The notes under the pieces are model-generated. The model ran no database searches and was not told the DNA's origin. It worked only from the letters and a program-made list of their open reading frames with translations. A stretch of DNA of 57,572 bases, counting the filler, from Clostridiaceae bacterium (GTDB lineage: Bacteria; Bacillota; Clostridia; CAYPLH01; DUMO01): NCBI GenBank assembly GCA_012839865.1. It is 5 parts of 5 records of this genome, joined end to end, with 100 filler letters (N's around TTAATTAATTAA, not from the genome) between each part and the next. Parts side by side here need not be neighbours in the genome. Positions count along the whole stretch, not along the records: positions 1 to 10,262 come from DUMO01000074.1; 4 more parts are not named here. The stretch is one strand, 5' to 3'. The position numbers and the translations under genes were made by a program. Below, one piece after another: positions 1-9,727 of this stretch. Position 1 is the stretch's first letter, and each line of letters opens with the position of its first letter.

Positions 1-2
1 AA

Positions 3-251
3 ATAATAAATTATTCCGGAAGCAATCATTTTCCAAACAGATAGATCAATTTCAAAATACCTGGCTTTTCCTATAAAAGCATATAAAATACTTAGTACAA
101 AAGATATGCTGAAAATAAGGTACGGGAAAAACCTGGATGTAATGATTTCGCCTTTTCTGATTTTAATTTCAAATGGGATTAAAACAATCGCGATGAGAAA
201 CAATGCTGCAAGAAACAACCCAACTGCCCTATTGCTAATTTTCACTATCAT
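3..251 (-). CDS. Small membrane protein, TctB-like (tripartite tricarboxylate transporter); runs off the window edge
   Basis: Not in the ORF track. Manual translation MIVKISNRAVGLFLAALFLIAIVLIPFEIKIRKGEIITSRFFPYLIFSISFVLSILYAF..., RBS GAAAGGA upstream, hydrophobic helices and a TctB-like xFFPY motif. Confidence 0.45.
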   Translation of the reverse strand, partial: MIVKISNRAVGLFLAALFLIAIVLIPFEIKIRKGEIITSRFFPYLIFSISFVLSILYAFIGKARYFEIDLSVWKMIASGIIYY

Positions 252-292
252 AGAAACATTCCTTTCATTGATTTTTAAAATTTGAGACCTGG

Positions 293-463
293 TGTTTCAT
301 ATGTTTCATATGTTTCACATAATTAATGTTTCAAGTGACTTAATCAAAAAAATAAAAAATTTAAAATTGGAATATAGTGCAAATATCAGCAATTTATTTA
401 TCTTACTTTATCTTAATTCTATAACAAAATATTTATTCCTTCTATGTTTCATATGTTTCACAT
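293..463. promoter_or_regulatory. Clustered TGTTTCA(T/C)A direct repeats, putative operator
   Basis: Three tandem 9-mers at 293-319, one more TGTTTCA at 327, and an exact 21-bp copy TATGTTTCATATGTTTCACAT at 300-320 and 443-463. Confidence 0.4.
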
Positions 464-513
464 GTAAATTTGAACTACTAAATTATGAAAAGAACTGCAC
501 AGAAAACATAAAA

Positions 514-551
514 ATACCCACTTAGGCAGACTGTTCTATCTAAGCGGGTAT
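514..551 (-). terminator. Probable intrinsic terminator of the polyamine operon
   Basis: ATACCCACTTAG / CTAAGCGGGTAT inverted repeat followed by a T-rich tract on the minus strand, downstream of nspC. Confidence 0.55.
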
Positions 552-628
552 CTATGCTATTCTCTTACTTTATCCATTCTCCATACCTTAAAAGAATAAA
601 AAGTTAGCTTTCCTGATAGCTGCAACGA

Positions 629-1804
629 TTACGAAAGACGGCCTTTGAAATCCTCATATCCGAACTTTTTAATTATTTTCAGCCCGTCTTTTTCATTGTA
701 GCTTGCTATGGCAGGAAGATTAACCCCGTTGAAGGTGTTGTTCTTTACCATCGTGTAAATGGCCATGTCGGTAAATATCAAAATATCGCCCGGCTGCAGG
801 GGTTCCTTGAAGGAGTAATCCCCTATTACATCACCTGCCAGGCAGGTCATTCCGCCAAGCCTGTAAGTATAAGGATATTGGCCAGATTCTCCGGCTCCCA
901 CAATCTTTGGCCTGTATGGCATCTCAATAACATCGGGCATGTGACATGCCGCGGACGTATCCAAAATAGCTATCTCCACATTGTTTTTCACAATGTCCAG
1001 CACCTTGGCTGCAAGATACCCTGCATTCAGGGCTATGGCCTCACCGGGTTCCAGGTAAACTTCGACATTATATTTTTCTTTGATAAACGTAATACATTCA
1101 ATCAGTGTGTCGATGTCATAATCGGGCCTTGTGATATGATGTCCCCCACCGAAGTTGACCCATTTCATACCCTTTATATATTTTCCGAACTTTTCATCCA
1201 CCACTTTAATTGTGCGTTTTAAGACATCTGAGTTTTGCTCGCACATGGTATGAAAATGAAGACCATCTATACCTTCCAAATCGCCGTCCCTGAAATTATC
1301 CAGGGTGATACCAAGTCTTGAGCCTGTAAAACAGGGATTATATATGTCGGTCTCGATTTCCGAATACTCCGGATTTATCCGAAGCCCGCATTCTATTCTT
1401 TTGTTTGAGGCTTTTACCTTGCCCTTGTACTTGTTCCATTGGGCAAATGAATTAAAAACAATATGGTCGCATATCCTCATAATCTCATCAAACTCATCTT
1501 CCCTGTATGCAGGGGAATATATGTGAACCTCCCTGCTCTTCATTTCTTCATAGCCCAACCTTGCCTCAAACAGCGAGCTGGCTGTCGTACCGCTGAGGTA
1601 GCGGCCTATTAAGGGATATAGCGAAAACATGGAAAAGGCTTTTTGTGCAAGGAGAATCCTGCAGCCTGTCCTTTCCATGACATCCTTCAATATTTTCAGG
1701 TTTTTCTCAATCAGCCGCTCATCCACAATGTAAATGGGCGTCGGAAGCTCGGATATATCTATATCCAAGCCTATAGCCTTGAAATTTTGAATATTCTTGT
1801 CCAT
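629..1804 (-). CDS. nspC: Carboxy(nor)spermidine decarboxylase
   Basis: Fold-type III PLP enzyme motifs LLAQKAFS, HFHTMCEQ, NFGGGHH, CLAGDVIG, YTMVKNNTFNG. ATG at 1804 has RBS GAGGGAG. Confidence 0.9.
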   Translation of the reverse strand: MDKNIQNFKAIGLDIDISELPTPIYIVDERLIEKNLKILKDVMERTGCRILLAQKAFSMFSLYPLIGRYLSGTTASSLFEARLGYEEMKSREVHIYSPAYREDEFDEIMRICDHIVFNSFAQWNKYKGKVKASNKRIECGLRINPEYSEIETDIYNPCFTGSRLGITLDNFRDGDLEGIDGLHFHTMCEQNSDVLKRTIKVVDEKFGKYIKGMKWVNFGGGHHITRPDYDIDTLIECITFIKEKYNVEVYLEPGEAIALNAGYLAAKVLDIVKNNVEIAILDTSAACHMPDVIEMPYRPKIVGAGESGQYPYTYRLGGMTCLAGDVIGDYSFKEPLQPGDILIFTDMAIYTMVKNNTFNGVNLPAIASYNEKDGLKIIKKFGYEDFKGRLS

Positions 1805-1826
1805 GTACACTCCCTCAAATCATGGT

Positions 1827-2037
1827 TGGGACCAGGGGGACGGTTCCTGTGGTTCCTCCAGCGGTTACCGCGGGTGGTTTTTTCGGTTCCTCCAGCAGGG
1901 ACCAATGGGTTTTCTTGTGTTTGCGGGGACCACAAGAACAACCATGAAAGAGAGCTTTCACAGCAAAATATATGAAAGTATTTCAACTATCACATTAACC
2001 GTCCCCCTGGTCCCCGCAAGAACCTCCTGGTCCCATT
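1827..2037. repeat. REP/MITE-like nested palindromic element
   Basis: Perfect 18-bp IR 1828-1845/1997-2014, 12-bp IR 1921-1932/2008-2019, 10-bp IR 1827-1836/2026-2035, and direct repeat GGTTCCTCCAGC at 1851 and 1885. Confidence 0.55.
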
Positions 2038-2045
2038 AGTCTTTC

Positions 2046-3245
2046 TTAATCCACCAGTTCCGGTTCGAAGCTTTCCTTCCAGGGCAGCCCGTTCTTGTTC
2101 AGCGCATCCATGAAAGGATCCGGATCAAATTCCTCCACATTAAATACACCCGGCTTTTTCCATTTGCCTGTCAGGACCATCATGGCACCTATCATGGCAG
2201 GTACACCGGCAGTATATGAAATAGCCTGAGACCCTACTTCCCTGTAGCATTCCTGATGGTCGCAAACGTTGTAGACATAATAAGTTCTTTGCCTGCCGTC
2301 CTTAAGTCCCTGGAAAACACACCCTATATTAGTTTTACCCTTGGTCCTCGGACCTAAGGAAGCCGGGTCGGGCAGAACTGCTTTCAGGAACTGAAGGGGC
2401 TGAATCAGCTTGCCCTCAAATTCTATTGGCTCAATGGATGTCATTCCTACATTCTGCAAGACCTGAAGATGGGTCAGGTACTTCTGGGAGAAAGTCATCC
2501 AGAATCTAATCCTCTTTAATCCCTTAATGTTTTTGGCCAAAGACTCCAATTCTTCATGGTGCAATAAGTAAATATCCATATTGCCTATTTCAGGGAAGTT
2601 GTATTTTCTCTTGATTTCCAAAGGTTCTGTTTCAATCCATTTTCCGTTTTCCCAATACAGGCCCGGGGCCGTAATTTCACGTATATTGATTTCCGGGTTG
2701 AAATTGGTGGCAAAGGGATATCCGTGGTCCCCGGCATTGGCATCAAGAATATCTATATAGTGGATTTCATCAAAATAATGTTTCTGGGCATAGGCGGTAA
2801 ACACACCGGTAACACCCGGGTCGAAGCCGCTTCCCAACAGGGCTGTGATACCAGCCTTTTCAAACTTGTCCTTGTATGCCCACTGCCACTTATATTCAAA
2901 TTTTGGTATCTCCGGCGGTTCATAATTTGCTGTATCTACATAATCCGTCCCGGTTGCAAGACATGCATCCATAATGGTCAGGTCCTGGTAAGGCAAAGCT
3001 ACGTTTATTACTATATCCGGCTTAAAGCTGTTGATTAAACTGATAAGTTCTTCTGTGTTGTCAGCATCCACCTGGGCAGTGTGTACTTTGGTTTTCCTGC
3101 CCTCCAATTCTTTTTTGAGTATGTCGCATTTTGATTTTGACCTGCTGGCAATCATGATTTCTTCAAACACATCAGGATTTTGCGTACATTTGAAAGCTAC
3201 TACCCTGCCAACTCCTCCGGCTCCAATAATTAATGCTTTTCCCAT
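2046..3245 (-). CDS. Carboxy(nor)spermidine dehydrogenase (saccharopine dehydrogenase family)
   Basis: Rossmann GAGGVG, DYVDTANYE, FATNFNPEINIRE, AISYTAGVP; adjacent to nspC. Confidence 0.88.
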   Translation of the reverse strand: MGKALIIGAGGVGRVVAFKCTQNPDVFEEIMIASRSKSKCDILKKELEGRKTKVHTAQVDADNTEELISLINSFKPDIVINVALPYQDLTIMDACLATGTDYVDTANYEPPEIPKFEYKWQWAYKDKFEKAGITALLGSGFDPGVTGVFTAYAQKHYFDEIHYIDILDANAGDHGYPFATNFNPEINIREITAPGLYWENGKWIETEPLEIKRKYNFPEIGNMDIYLLHHEELESLAKNIKGLKRIRFWMTFSQKYLTHLQVLQNVGMTSIEPIEFEGKLIQPLQFLKAVLPDPASLGPRTKGKTNIGCVFQGLKDGRQRTYYVYNVCDHQECYREVGSQAISYTAGVPAMIGAMMVLTGKWKKPGVFNVEEFDPDPFMDALNKNGLPWKESFEPELVD

Positions 3246-3412
3246 ATCAAAACCTCCTTGAATATTCTTGAAATATTACACGTTTTTCCAATCAATCATT
3301 GTATTTGCAGCAATCCGGCACCTCTGCATATTCCATTGGCATTTCTCACTCAATCATTGATTTTTACCATCTTTGGAACAATCACCTGAGCATGCTGTTC
3401 CATATTACACAT

Positions 3413-4264
3413 TTACTTAAATATATACAAAAGGATTTCCCTTAAAAGCTTACAAGCCAACGAAGTTGACGCTCCAGTAGGGTCAAGGGGCGGAGCCAGC
3501 TCGGTCATGTCAAGACCAACAATGTTCAACTTTGACACTTTTTTTACCGCGTCAAGAAGCTCACAAAAAGTCACACCGCCTGCTTCCGGAGTTCCCGTAC
3601 CAGGGAATACGGAAGTATCAAGTACATCCAAATCGATAGAAAAATAAACAGGCTTGTCCTTCAGGGTTTCGATTACTTTGTCCAGTTGAGCAAAATTGAA
3701 GAAGCAGGTTTGAACATGTTCCCTTCCCCAGTTAATTTCCTCCCTGGAGCCGCTTCTTATACCAAATTGAAAGATTCTGCCGTCTCCAACCAAATCCCAG
3801 CAACGCCTCATAACAGTTGCATGGGACAGGGTTTCTCCCAAATACTCGTCCCTTAAATCCGAATGGGCGTCAAAATGAATAATATGGAGATCCTTGTATT
3901 TTTTCACCACACTTCGCACCGCGCCCAAACTCACCAGGTGCTCGCCGCCTATCATAAACGGAATCTTTTTGTCATCCAATATCTTGAGCACAAATTTTTC
4001 AATATGCTCAAGAACCTTCACCGAATTGCCAAAGGGCAGCTCCATGTCCCCCGCATCAAATACATATATATCCTCCAAATCCTTATCCTGATAGGGACTG
4101 TAGGTCTCAATGGAGTAGCTTTCGCTGCGGATGGCGGAGCTTGCAAATCTTGCACCGGGACGATAGGAGGTTGTACCGTCAAAAGGCGCTCCAAAAACAA
4201 CTATTTTACTTTCTGAATAGGTTTTATCACAACCCAGGATATAACTAAAGTTTCTTTCAAGCAT
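3413..4264 (-). CDS. speB: Agmatinase (ureohydrolase family)
   Basis: GGEH, DAHSDLR, SIDLDVLD and PGTGTPEAGG metal-binding motifs. Confidence 0.92.
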   Translation of the reverse strand: MLERNFSYILGCDKTYSESKIVVFGAPFDGTTSYRPGARFASSAIRSESYSIETYSPYQDKDLEDIYVFDAGDMELPFGNSVKVLEHIEKFVLKILDDKKIPFMIGGEHLVSLGAVRSVVKKYKDLHIIHFDAHSDLRDEYLGETLSHATVMRRCWDLVGDGRIFQFGIRSGSREEINWGREHVQTCFFNFAQLDKVIETLKDKPVYFSIDLDVLDTSVFPGTGTPEAGGVTFCELLDAVKKVSKLNIVGLDMTELAPPLDPTGASTSLACKLLREILLYIFK

Positions 4265-5102
4265 TTTCCATCAGTTCCCTTACATAACTTGGCAGAGCAA
4301 AACATCCCTTGTGGAGCTCAGTATTGTAGTACCTGGTCTTCAAGCCAAGGGTATCCCAGTTTGGATTCAAATTGGCAATCGGGTCAAAGCCTTTGGAGGC
4401 AAAACCAAAAAGCCAGTGTCCCGACGGATAAGTCGGTATGTGGGCCTGGTAAATCCGTGCAATGGGGAAAACCGATTTTATCCGCTTGTGAGCTTTTTGC
4501 ATTACCAGGGCATCATTTGGGTAATAAGGGCTTTCATGCTGATTTACCATGATACCGGTTTCATTCAGTGCTTTGTAGCAGTTTCCGTAAAACTCCCTGG
4601 TAAACAGGTCCTCTCCCGGTCCAAAGGGATCCGTCGAGTCAACTATTATCAAATCATATTCATTGTATTTTCCTCTGACAAATTTGAGGCCATCCTCATA
4701 ATATATGTGCACCCGGGGGTCATCAAGCCTGCAGGCGGTTTGGGGCAGATACTCCCTGCAAACGTCCACTACAAGCTTATCTATCTCCACCATGTCAATC
4801 CGTTTTATTGAATCATATTTTGTGAGTTCCCTTACCACACCGCCATCGCCCGCTCCAATGACCAGGATATCGTGTATACTTGGGTTTACTGCCATGGGTA
4901 TATGTGTCATCATCTCATGGTATATAAATTCATCCTTTTCTGTAAGCATCAGATACCCATCCAGCACCAATATCCTTCCGAAAGCATAGGAATCAAACAC
5001 ATCTATGCGCTGAAACTCGCTTTCCAGACTTATTACCGGTTTATCAACCTTGATTGAAAAACGGGCATTCTTGGTATAATACTCAGTGAACCATAAATCC
5101 AT
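4257..5102 (-). CDS. speE: Polyamine aminopropyltransferase (spermidine synthase)
   Basis: DEFIYHEMMTH, LVIGAGDGG, MVEID, IIVDSTDP motifs. Confidence 0.92.
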   Translation of the reverse strand: MDLWFTEYYTKNARFSIKVDKPVISLESEFQRIDVFDSYAFGRILVLDGYLMLTEKDEFIYHEMMTHIPMAVNPSIHDILVIGAGDGGVVRELTKYDSIKRIDMVEIDKLVVDVCREYLPQTACRLDDPRVHIYYEDGLKFVRGKYNEYDLIIVDSTDPFGPGEDLFTREFYGNCYKALNETGIMVNQHESPYYPNDALVMQKAHKRIKSVFPIARIYQAHIPTYPSGHWLFGFASKGFDPIANLNPNWDTLGLKTRYYNTELHKGCFALPSYVRELMENA

Positions 5103-5104
5103 AA

Positions 5105-6547
5105 TTATCCCTCCACTACCAGAATGTTTTCCAACTTCATGTCTTGCGGGCCCATAAGCAGGCTGCCCTTATCCTTTGCATAGGCTATATAATCGATTAT
5201 TTCTCCGGTTATTCTCTCACCGGGAGCCAGAACCGGTATTCCGGGCGGATAGGCCATTACGAATTCCCCGCTGACCCTGCCCTTGCTATCTTTTAAAGAA
5301 ATGTTTTTCTTGTCGCTGTAGAATGCTTTCTGCGGTGTATAGACCACAGAAGGGTTTATATAGTTAAGGTCGAACATTTTAGCCGACTCTTTTCCATAAA
5401 GCCTTTTAATCTCATACAGGGCTGAAACAAGCCTTTCAATTTCCATGGCCCTGTCACCGGCGGATACAATGGCCAATATATTGCCCAAATCTCCAAACTC
5501 CACCTGGATTCCATAATCATCCCGCAGTATATCATATACCTCAACTCCCGCAAGGCCTATTTCTCTTGTATTAACTGAAAGTTTAGTCAGATCGAAATCA
5601 TATATGCAGTCAAAATCAACCAGTTCCCTGGAAAAGGCATAATATCCCCCAAGACTGTTTATCTCTCTTCTGGCATACTCGGCATAATCAACCGTTTTGC
5701 TGAAAATTTCCCTCCCGTTCAAGCTTAGGTTCTTTCTTGCCAAATCAAGGGATGAAAGCAGCAAATAAGAAGCGCTGGTTGTCTGCGTAAGCCCGATTAT
5801 CTGCCTGACATAGTCACTGTTTACATTTTTCCCGCATAGCAATAAAGAACTTTGGGTTAAAGACCCTCCGGTTTTGTGCATGCTGATGGAAGCCATATCT
5901 GCGCCGGCCTTCATTGCAGAAACAGGCAAATTATCTCCGAAGTAAAAATGGGTGCCGTGGGCTTCGTCTACCAGCACCAGCATACCACGGCTGTGAGCCA
6001 GCTCGACAATTTCCTTCAAGTTTGAGCATATTCCATAGTAAGTTGGATTGTTTACCAATATTGCCCTGGCATCCGGGTGCTCATCCATTCCCTTTTTAAT
6101 ATCGGCAATTGACATGCCCAGGGCTATGCCCAGCCGGTTATTTATGCCGGGATCTATATAAACCGGGATGGCTCCGCTCAAGATAAGTGCATTTATAGCG
6201 CTTATGTGGACGTTGCGGGGCATAAGTATTTTTTCCCCCGCTTTGCAGGCTGACAGCACCATAGCCTGAACTGCCGCCGTTGTGCCGTTGACAATAAAAA
6301 AGCATCTATTTGCGCCGAAAGCTTCGGCAGCCAGTTGCTGCGCATCTTTAATAACCGATACGGGATGATTCAGATTATCCACCGGCTTCATTGAATTAAC
6401 ATCAACCTGAAGGCACTTCTCACCAAGAAAATCGGTAAGTTCCTTATTGCCCCGGCCTCCTTTGTGTCCCGGCACGTCAAAATGCACTATACGGTCTGAT
6501 CTGTGTTTTTTCAAAGCTTCATGAATAGGCGCGTTTCTCTGGTCCAA
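5105..6547 (-). CDS. speA: Arginine/lysine/ornithine decarboxylase (fold-type I PLP), probably arginine decarboxylase
   Basis: FDVPGHKGG, VDEAHG, SMHKTGGSLTQ, YPPGIP. TTG start with RBS GGAGG. Heads the speE-speB operon. Confidence 0.85.
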   Translation of the reverse strand: MDQRNAPIHEALKKHRSDRIVHFDVPGHKGGRGNKELTDFLGEKCLQVDVNSMKPVDNLNHPVSVIKDAQQLAAEAFGANRCFFIVNGTTAAVQAMVLSACKAGEKILMPRNVHISAINALILSGAIPVYIDPGINNRLGIALGMSIADIKKGMDEHPDARAILVNNPTYYGICSNLKEIVELAHSRGMLVLVDEAHGTHFYFGDNLPVSAMKAGADMASISMHKTGGSLTQSSLLLCGKNVNSDYVRQIIGLTQTTSASYLLLSSLDLARKNLSLNGREIFSKTVDYAEYARREINSLGGYYAFSRELVDFDCIYDFDLTKLSVNTREIGLAGVEVYDILRDDYGIQVEFGDLGNILAIVSAGDRAMEIERLVSALYEIKRLYGKESAKMFDLNYINPSVVYTPQKAFYSDKKNISLKDSKGRVSGEFVMAYPPGIPVLAPGERITGEIIDYIAYAKDKGSLLMGPQDMKLENILVVEG

Positions 6548-6639
6548 CCCCTTACCTCCCGGAAGATTATTACCAATTAATGTTCAAATCATATTATATC
6601 CATTTGGTGCCGTGATATCAATTGGAATTATGTATTGTG

Positions 6640-6678
6640 AAAAATTTGCGGCCCGGTTTGGCCGGGCCGCAAATTTTT
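6640..6678. terminator. Strong intrinsic terminator after the repeat-protein gene
   Basis: Perfect 17-bp IR AAAAATTTGCGGCCCGG / CCGGGCCGCAAATTTTT with T tracts on both strands. Confidence 0.8.
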
Positions 6679-6714
6679 GTACACCAGGTTCTGTTATTTT
6701 CCGCTCAAAACCCG

Positions 6715-7926
6715 TTAAAATGGCCAGATGCCGCCAAATAAATCCTTAAAGAAATCTCTGAGACTTTCAATAACATCATTTATTTCATCCAATACATAGC
6801 CTGCATGCTGCAATGCGCTCCTGAGCGCGCTTTCGGCAAGCTCGTAGACCTGTCCCACAGTTTTGGCAACTTCTTCGATATTGAATATTTTACTGAGGGC
6901 TTTCGCAGCTTCTCCAGCTTCTATATACATTATCTCAAACAGCATGGCGATATCATTGACCGTTCTTCCTACGTCATTCAGCATTTTTGCGGCAAATTCG
7001 CGTGCATCTTCAAGATTCGGGAACGCATCCTTAAAGTCTTCATATATAGCACTGAAGGCTTTATACAAGTCAGAATCATAACTGAATATTTCATCAAACA
7101 AGTTTTTCAAACTGTCTATGCTGATGCCGTCAAACAGCTCGACAAGTGCCTTTGCCATCTGCTCCACAGTGAAACCAAACTGCTGCATCAGGTATACGGC
7201 TGCCTCCTCGAGGTCATCCGGGAGTATGTCCTCCAGCAAGTCCATAATCTCTTCCAGGTAGGCGGTTACGGTTTCTGACCCAAATACCTGCATAACAGCC
7301 CTTACCAGTGCTGCGTGATCTATTGCTCCCAGCAGCATCTCAATTATCTGCGCAGGATTCAATTTCACAATATCTTTCAGCCTGCTTATCAAATCCGTAA
7401 GGCTTGCCACTATGTCGTCGATTGAAAACCTGCTGATAATCGCGTTTACAATTTGCGGTACATACGCACTCATCTTGCTGTAGAGGAAATCGAAAACCTG
7501 GATCAGGTTTAGCTCAGCATTGTTCTTAAGCCTGGGAACCAGGTCCAGCAGATAGTTTACCAGCGCAGAAGGCTCAAACTGGTTTACAACAGCAGTAATA
7601 ACATTCATTGCATTCAACCCGATCTTGGTCAGGAGCAAATCTATAATCTCGATTGGGTTCGCCACAGCTTTAAGCTTATTGATAATGTCCGACAGGTATG
7701 AACCGATTGCTTCTGCGTCAAACTTCTGGAGCACTGCGGTTACCACCTCTAATACTCCCAGTTTGTCAGCAAGCAGTTCTATGGCCTGGATAGGATTCAG
7801 GCTTACCAGTGACTGGAGCATGGACACTATCTCGCCAAGTTTTTCCATCAGCACGTCTTTATCAAATTGTTTCAGTACTTCGGGCAAAACAGCCAGTATA
7901 TCTTGCAACAACGGCGTCAAGATCAA
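6715..7926 (-). CDS. Repeat protein, C-terminal segment
   Basis: 403-aa ORF, Leu/Ile/Asp/Glu-rich helical repeats, ends FFKDLFGGIWPF. No RBS at the TTG. Confidence 0.65.
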   Translation of the reverse strand: MILTPLLQDILAVLPEVLKQFDKDVLMEKLGEIVSMLQSLVSLNPIQAIELLADKLGVLEVVTAVLQKFDAEAIGSYLSDIINKLKAVANPIEIIDLLLTKIGLNAMNVITAVVNQFEPSALVNYLLDLVPRLKNNAELNLIQVFDFLYSKMSAYVPQIVNAIISRFSIDDIVASLTDLISRLKDIVKLNPAQIIEMLLGAIDHAALVRAVMQVFGSETVTAYLEEIMDLLEDILPDDLEEAAVYLMQQFGFTVEQMAKALVELFDGISIDSLKNLFDEIFSYDSDLYKAFSAIYEDFKDAFPNLEDAREFAAKMLNDVGRTVNDIAMLFEIMYIEAGEAAKALSKIFNIEEVAKTVGQVYELAESALRSALQHAGYVLDEINDVIESLRDFFKDLFGGIWPF

Positions 7927-9727
7927 AATTATTCAGAATGGTTGTTACCATGGTTAAGCTCAGACTCTGGGCACTGGAGATAATTGACACAAGGGCATCA
8001 GCCTTGTTCATGCCGGTAAGCTCCCTAAATATATCTCCAAGCTTGCCAAGAATCGTATCCAGGCTGAAAATCTCTATAATTCTATTGAAAATTTCCAAGG
8101 GACTGATATTCAATGCTGCCGCTATTTCCTGCAGATAAGCAATTGCTGCGTTCAGGCCGAACCTCGTCAACATGTCGGCAATGAACTCATCAATGCTGTA
8201 GGAGATTTCATTCAGTTCGCTGATTATATCGCCAAGGAACTCTACAATTCCGGCAAGGCCAAATTGCTGCATGATTATATCCAGTGCATCGTCTATTCCA
8301 ATACTGTCAGCAAGTTTTGTCAATATTTCTTTCAGATTTTCAACGATATCTGCAAGGTCGAAATTCTGTACGATGTCCAGCAGAATTTCTTCTGTAATCG
8401 TGACCCTTTCGATGATTGCAGACAGCAAATCACCTGGAGTCAAACCGGTAAGTTTATCGACGATATCATCAGCACAGCTGATAATTTCCTCTATAGTTCT
8501 TACATCCAGGAAAGCACTTAGTATTTGTGTGGCTGACAGCTTCAGTGCACCTGCCAGATCTACCAGGTTATCGACAACAACATCAATGACGCATTCTTCC
8601 AATATGACTTTGAATGCTTTCAGCGCATCAACGCTGAAATTGCTCACGATATATTCAATGTTGCTGAAGATCATTAATTCGCCGAATCTTTTCAGAATCA
8701 TTCTGAAGGCTTCTTCAGCGCTGATTTTCAGCACATTTACCATATTATTCAGATAACTGACAACATCAGCCAGGCTGTATTTCCAGATTATTTCGCTGAA
8801 AAACTCTTCAATACCGTAGGAGATTTCTTGCAGTTCTTCAACGATTATATCCAGTACTCCCACAATTTCTGCCAGGGTTGTATACATCATGATGGTGTCC
8901 AGCACTTCGCTTGCATTCAGTTCGCCAGCAAGCTCTGTTATTAATTCTTTCAGATTTTCTGCAATGGCTTCCAAATCAAATTTCTGGATAATTATTGCCA
9001 GTTCAGTTCCTGTAACCTCAAATTTTTCGATGATGGCAGCCAGTATGTCACCCATACTTATACCCGCAAGCGCACCGGCGATTTCACTTGCATAATTTAT
9101 AATATCCGTTAAGGAGTAATATTCCAGCAAAGCAAGGAGCATTTGTATGGATGTCATATGTAAATCCGACATCAGTTGGCCCAGCATGCTGATGATTTCA
9201 TACAGGCTGTATTGGGCGAACAAACTTTCCAGGTCTGTCACATCTTCCAGACCCAGCCTGCTGTAAATCTCAGCAAGGTATTGGAGGATAATATCCACAC
9301 CGAATGAATCAATGAGCATATTGATAAGTTCATCAGCGCCAATGCTCAGCCTGGTCATTATATCCTCCAGGTAATCAAACATTGCTACAATGCCGAATTT
9401 CCACATTACGTCATCAAGAAAATCTACTATGCTGTAAGCGCCTTCACTCAGTTCATCCACAAATTTGCCCAGCAATTGCATGATTTCATCTAGCTGGAAC
9501 TGCCTCAGTATGATGTCTACCGCACCGTGTACATCCAAATCCCAGTCAAGATTTGCAAGTATTTCCCTCAGATTCTCCGCAATATCTTCCAGGTCAAAAT
9601 TCTCCACGATGGAGGACAGCAATGCTCTTGAAACTTCGGCTCTTTCGATGATTGCTGACAGCACATCAGCAGGAGTAATGTCAAGGAGTTGACCTACAAT
9701 GTCCCTGGCCGATTCAACAATATCCAT
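7862..9727 (-). CDS. Repeat protein, middle segment
   Basis: 621-aa ORF with (N/K)FDL anchors at aa 43, 249, 455 and 600. Confidence 0.7.
   Translation of the reverse strand: MDIVESARDIVGQLLDITPADVLSAIIERAEVSRALLSSIVENFDLEDIAENLREILANLDWDLDVHGAVDIILRQFQLDEIMQLLGKFVDELSEGAYSIVDFLDDVMWKFGIVAMFDYLEDIMTRLSIGADELINMLIDSFGVDIILQYLAEIYSRLGLEDVTDLESLFAQYSLYEIISMLGQLMSDLHMTSIQMLLALLEYYSLTDIINYASEIAGALAGISMGDILAAIIEKFEVTGTELAIIIQKFDLEAIAENLKELITELAGELNASEVLDTIMMYTTLAEIVGVLDIIVEELQEISYGIEEFFSEIIWKYSLADVVSYLNNMVNVLKISAEEAFRMILKRFGELMIFSNIEYIVSNFSVDALKAFKVILEECVIDVVVDNLVDLAGALKLSATQILSAFLDVRTIEEIISCADDIVDKLTGLTPGDLLSAIIERVTITEEILLDIVQNFDLADIVENLKEILTKLADSIGIDDALDIIMQQFGLAGIVEFLGDIISELNEISYSIDEFIADMLTRFGLNAAIAYLQEIAAALNISPLEIFNRIIEIFSLDTILGKLGDIFRELTGMNKADALVSIISSAQSLSLTMVTTILNNFDLDAVVARYTGCFARSTETI

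Noticed and set aside
292..525. 77-aa ORF starting MFHMFHMFH
   Set aside because: It is the translation of the TGTTTCATA DNA repeats in an AT-rich intergenic region, with no RBS.
1771..2039. Short ORFs over the palindromic element (1771-1986, 1797-2039)
   Set aside because: Open frames caused by the GC-rich repeat. No RBS or recognisable protein features.
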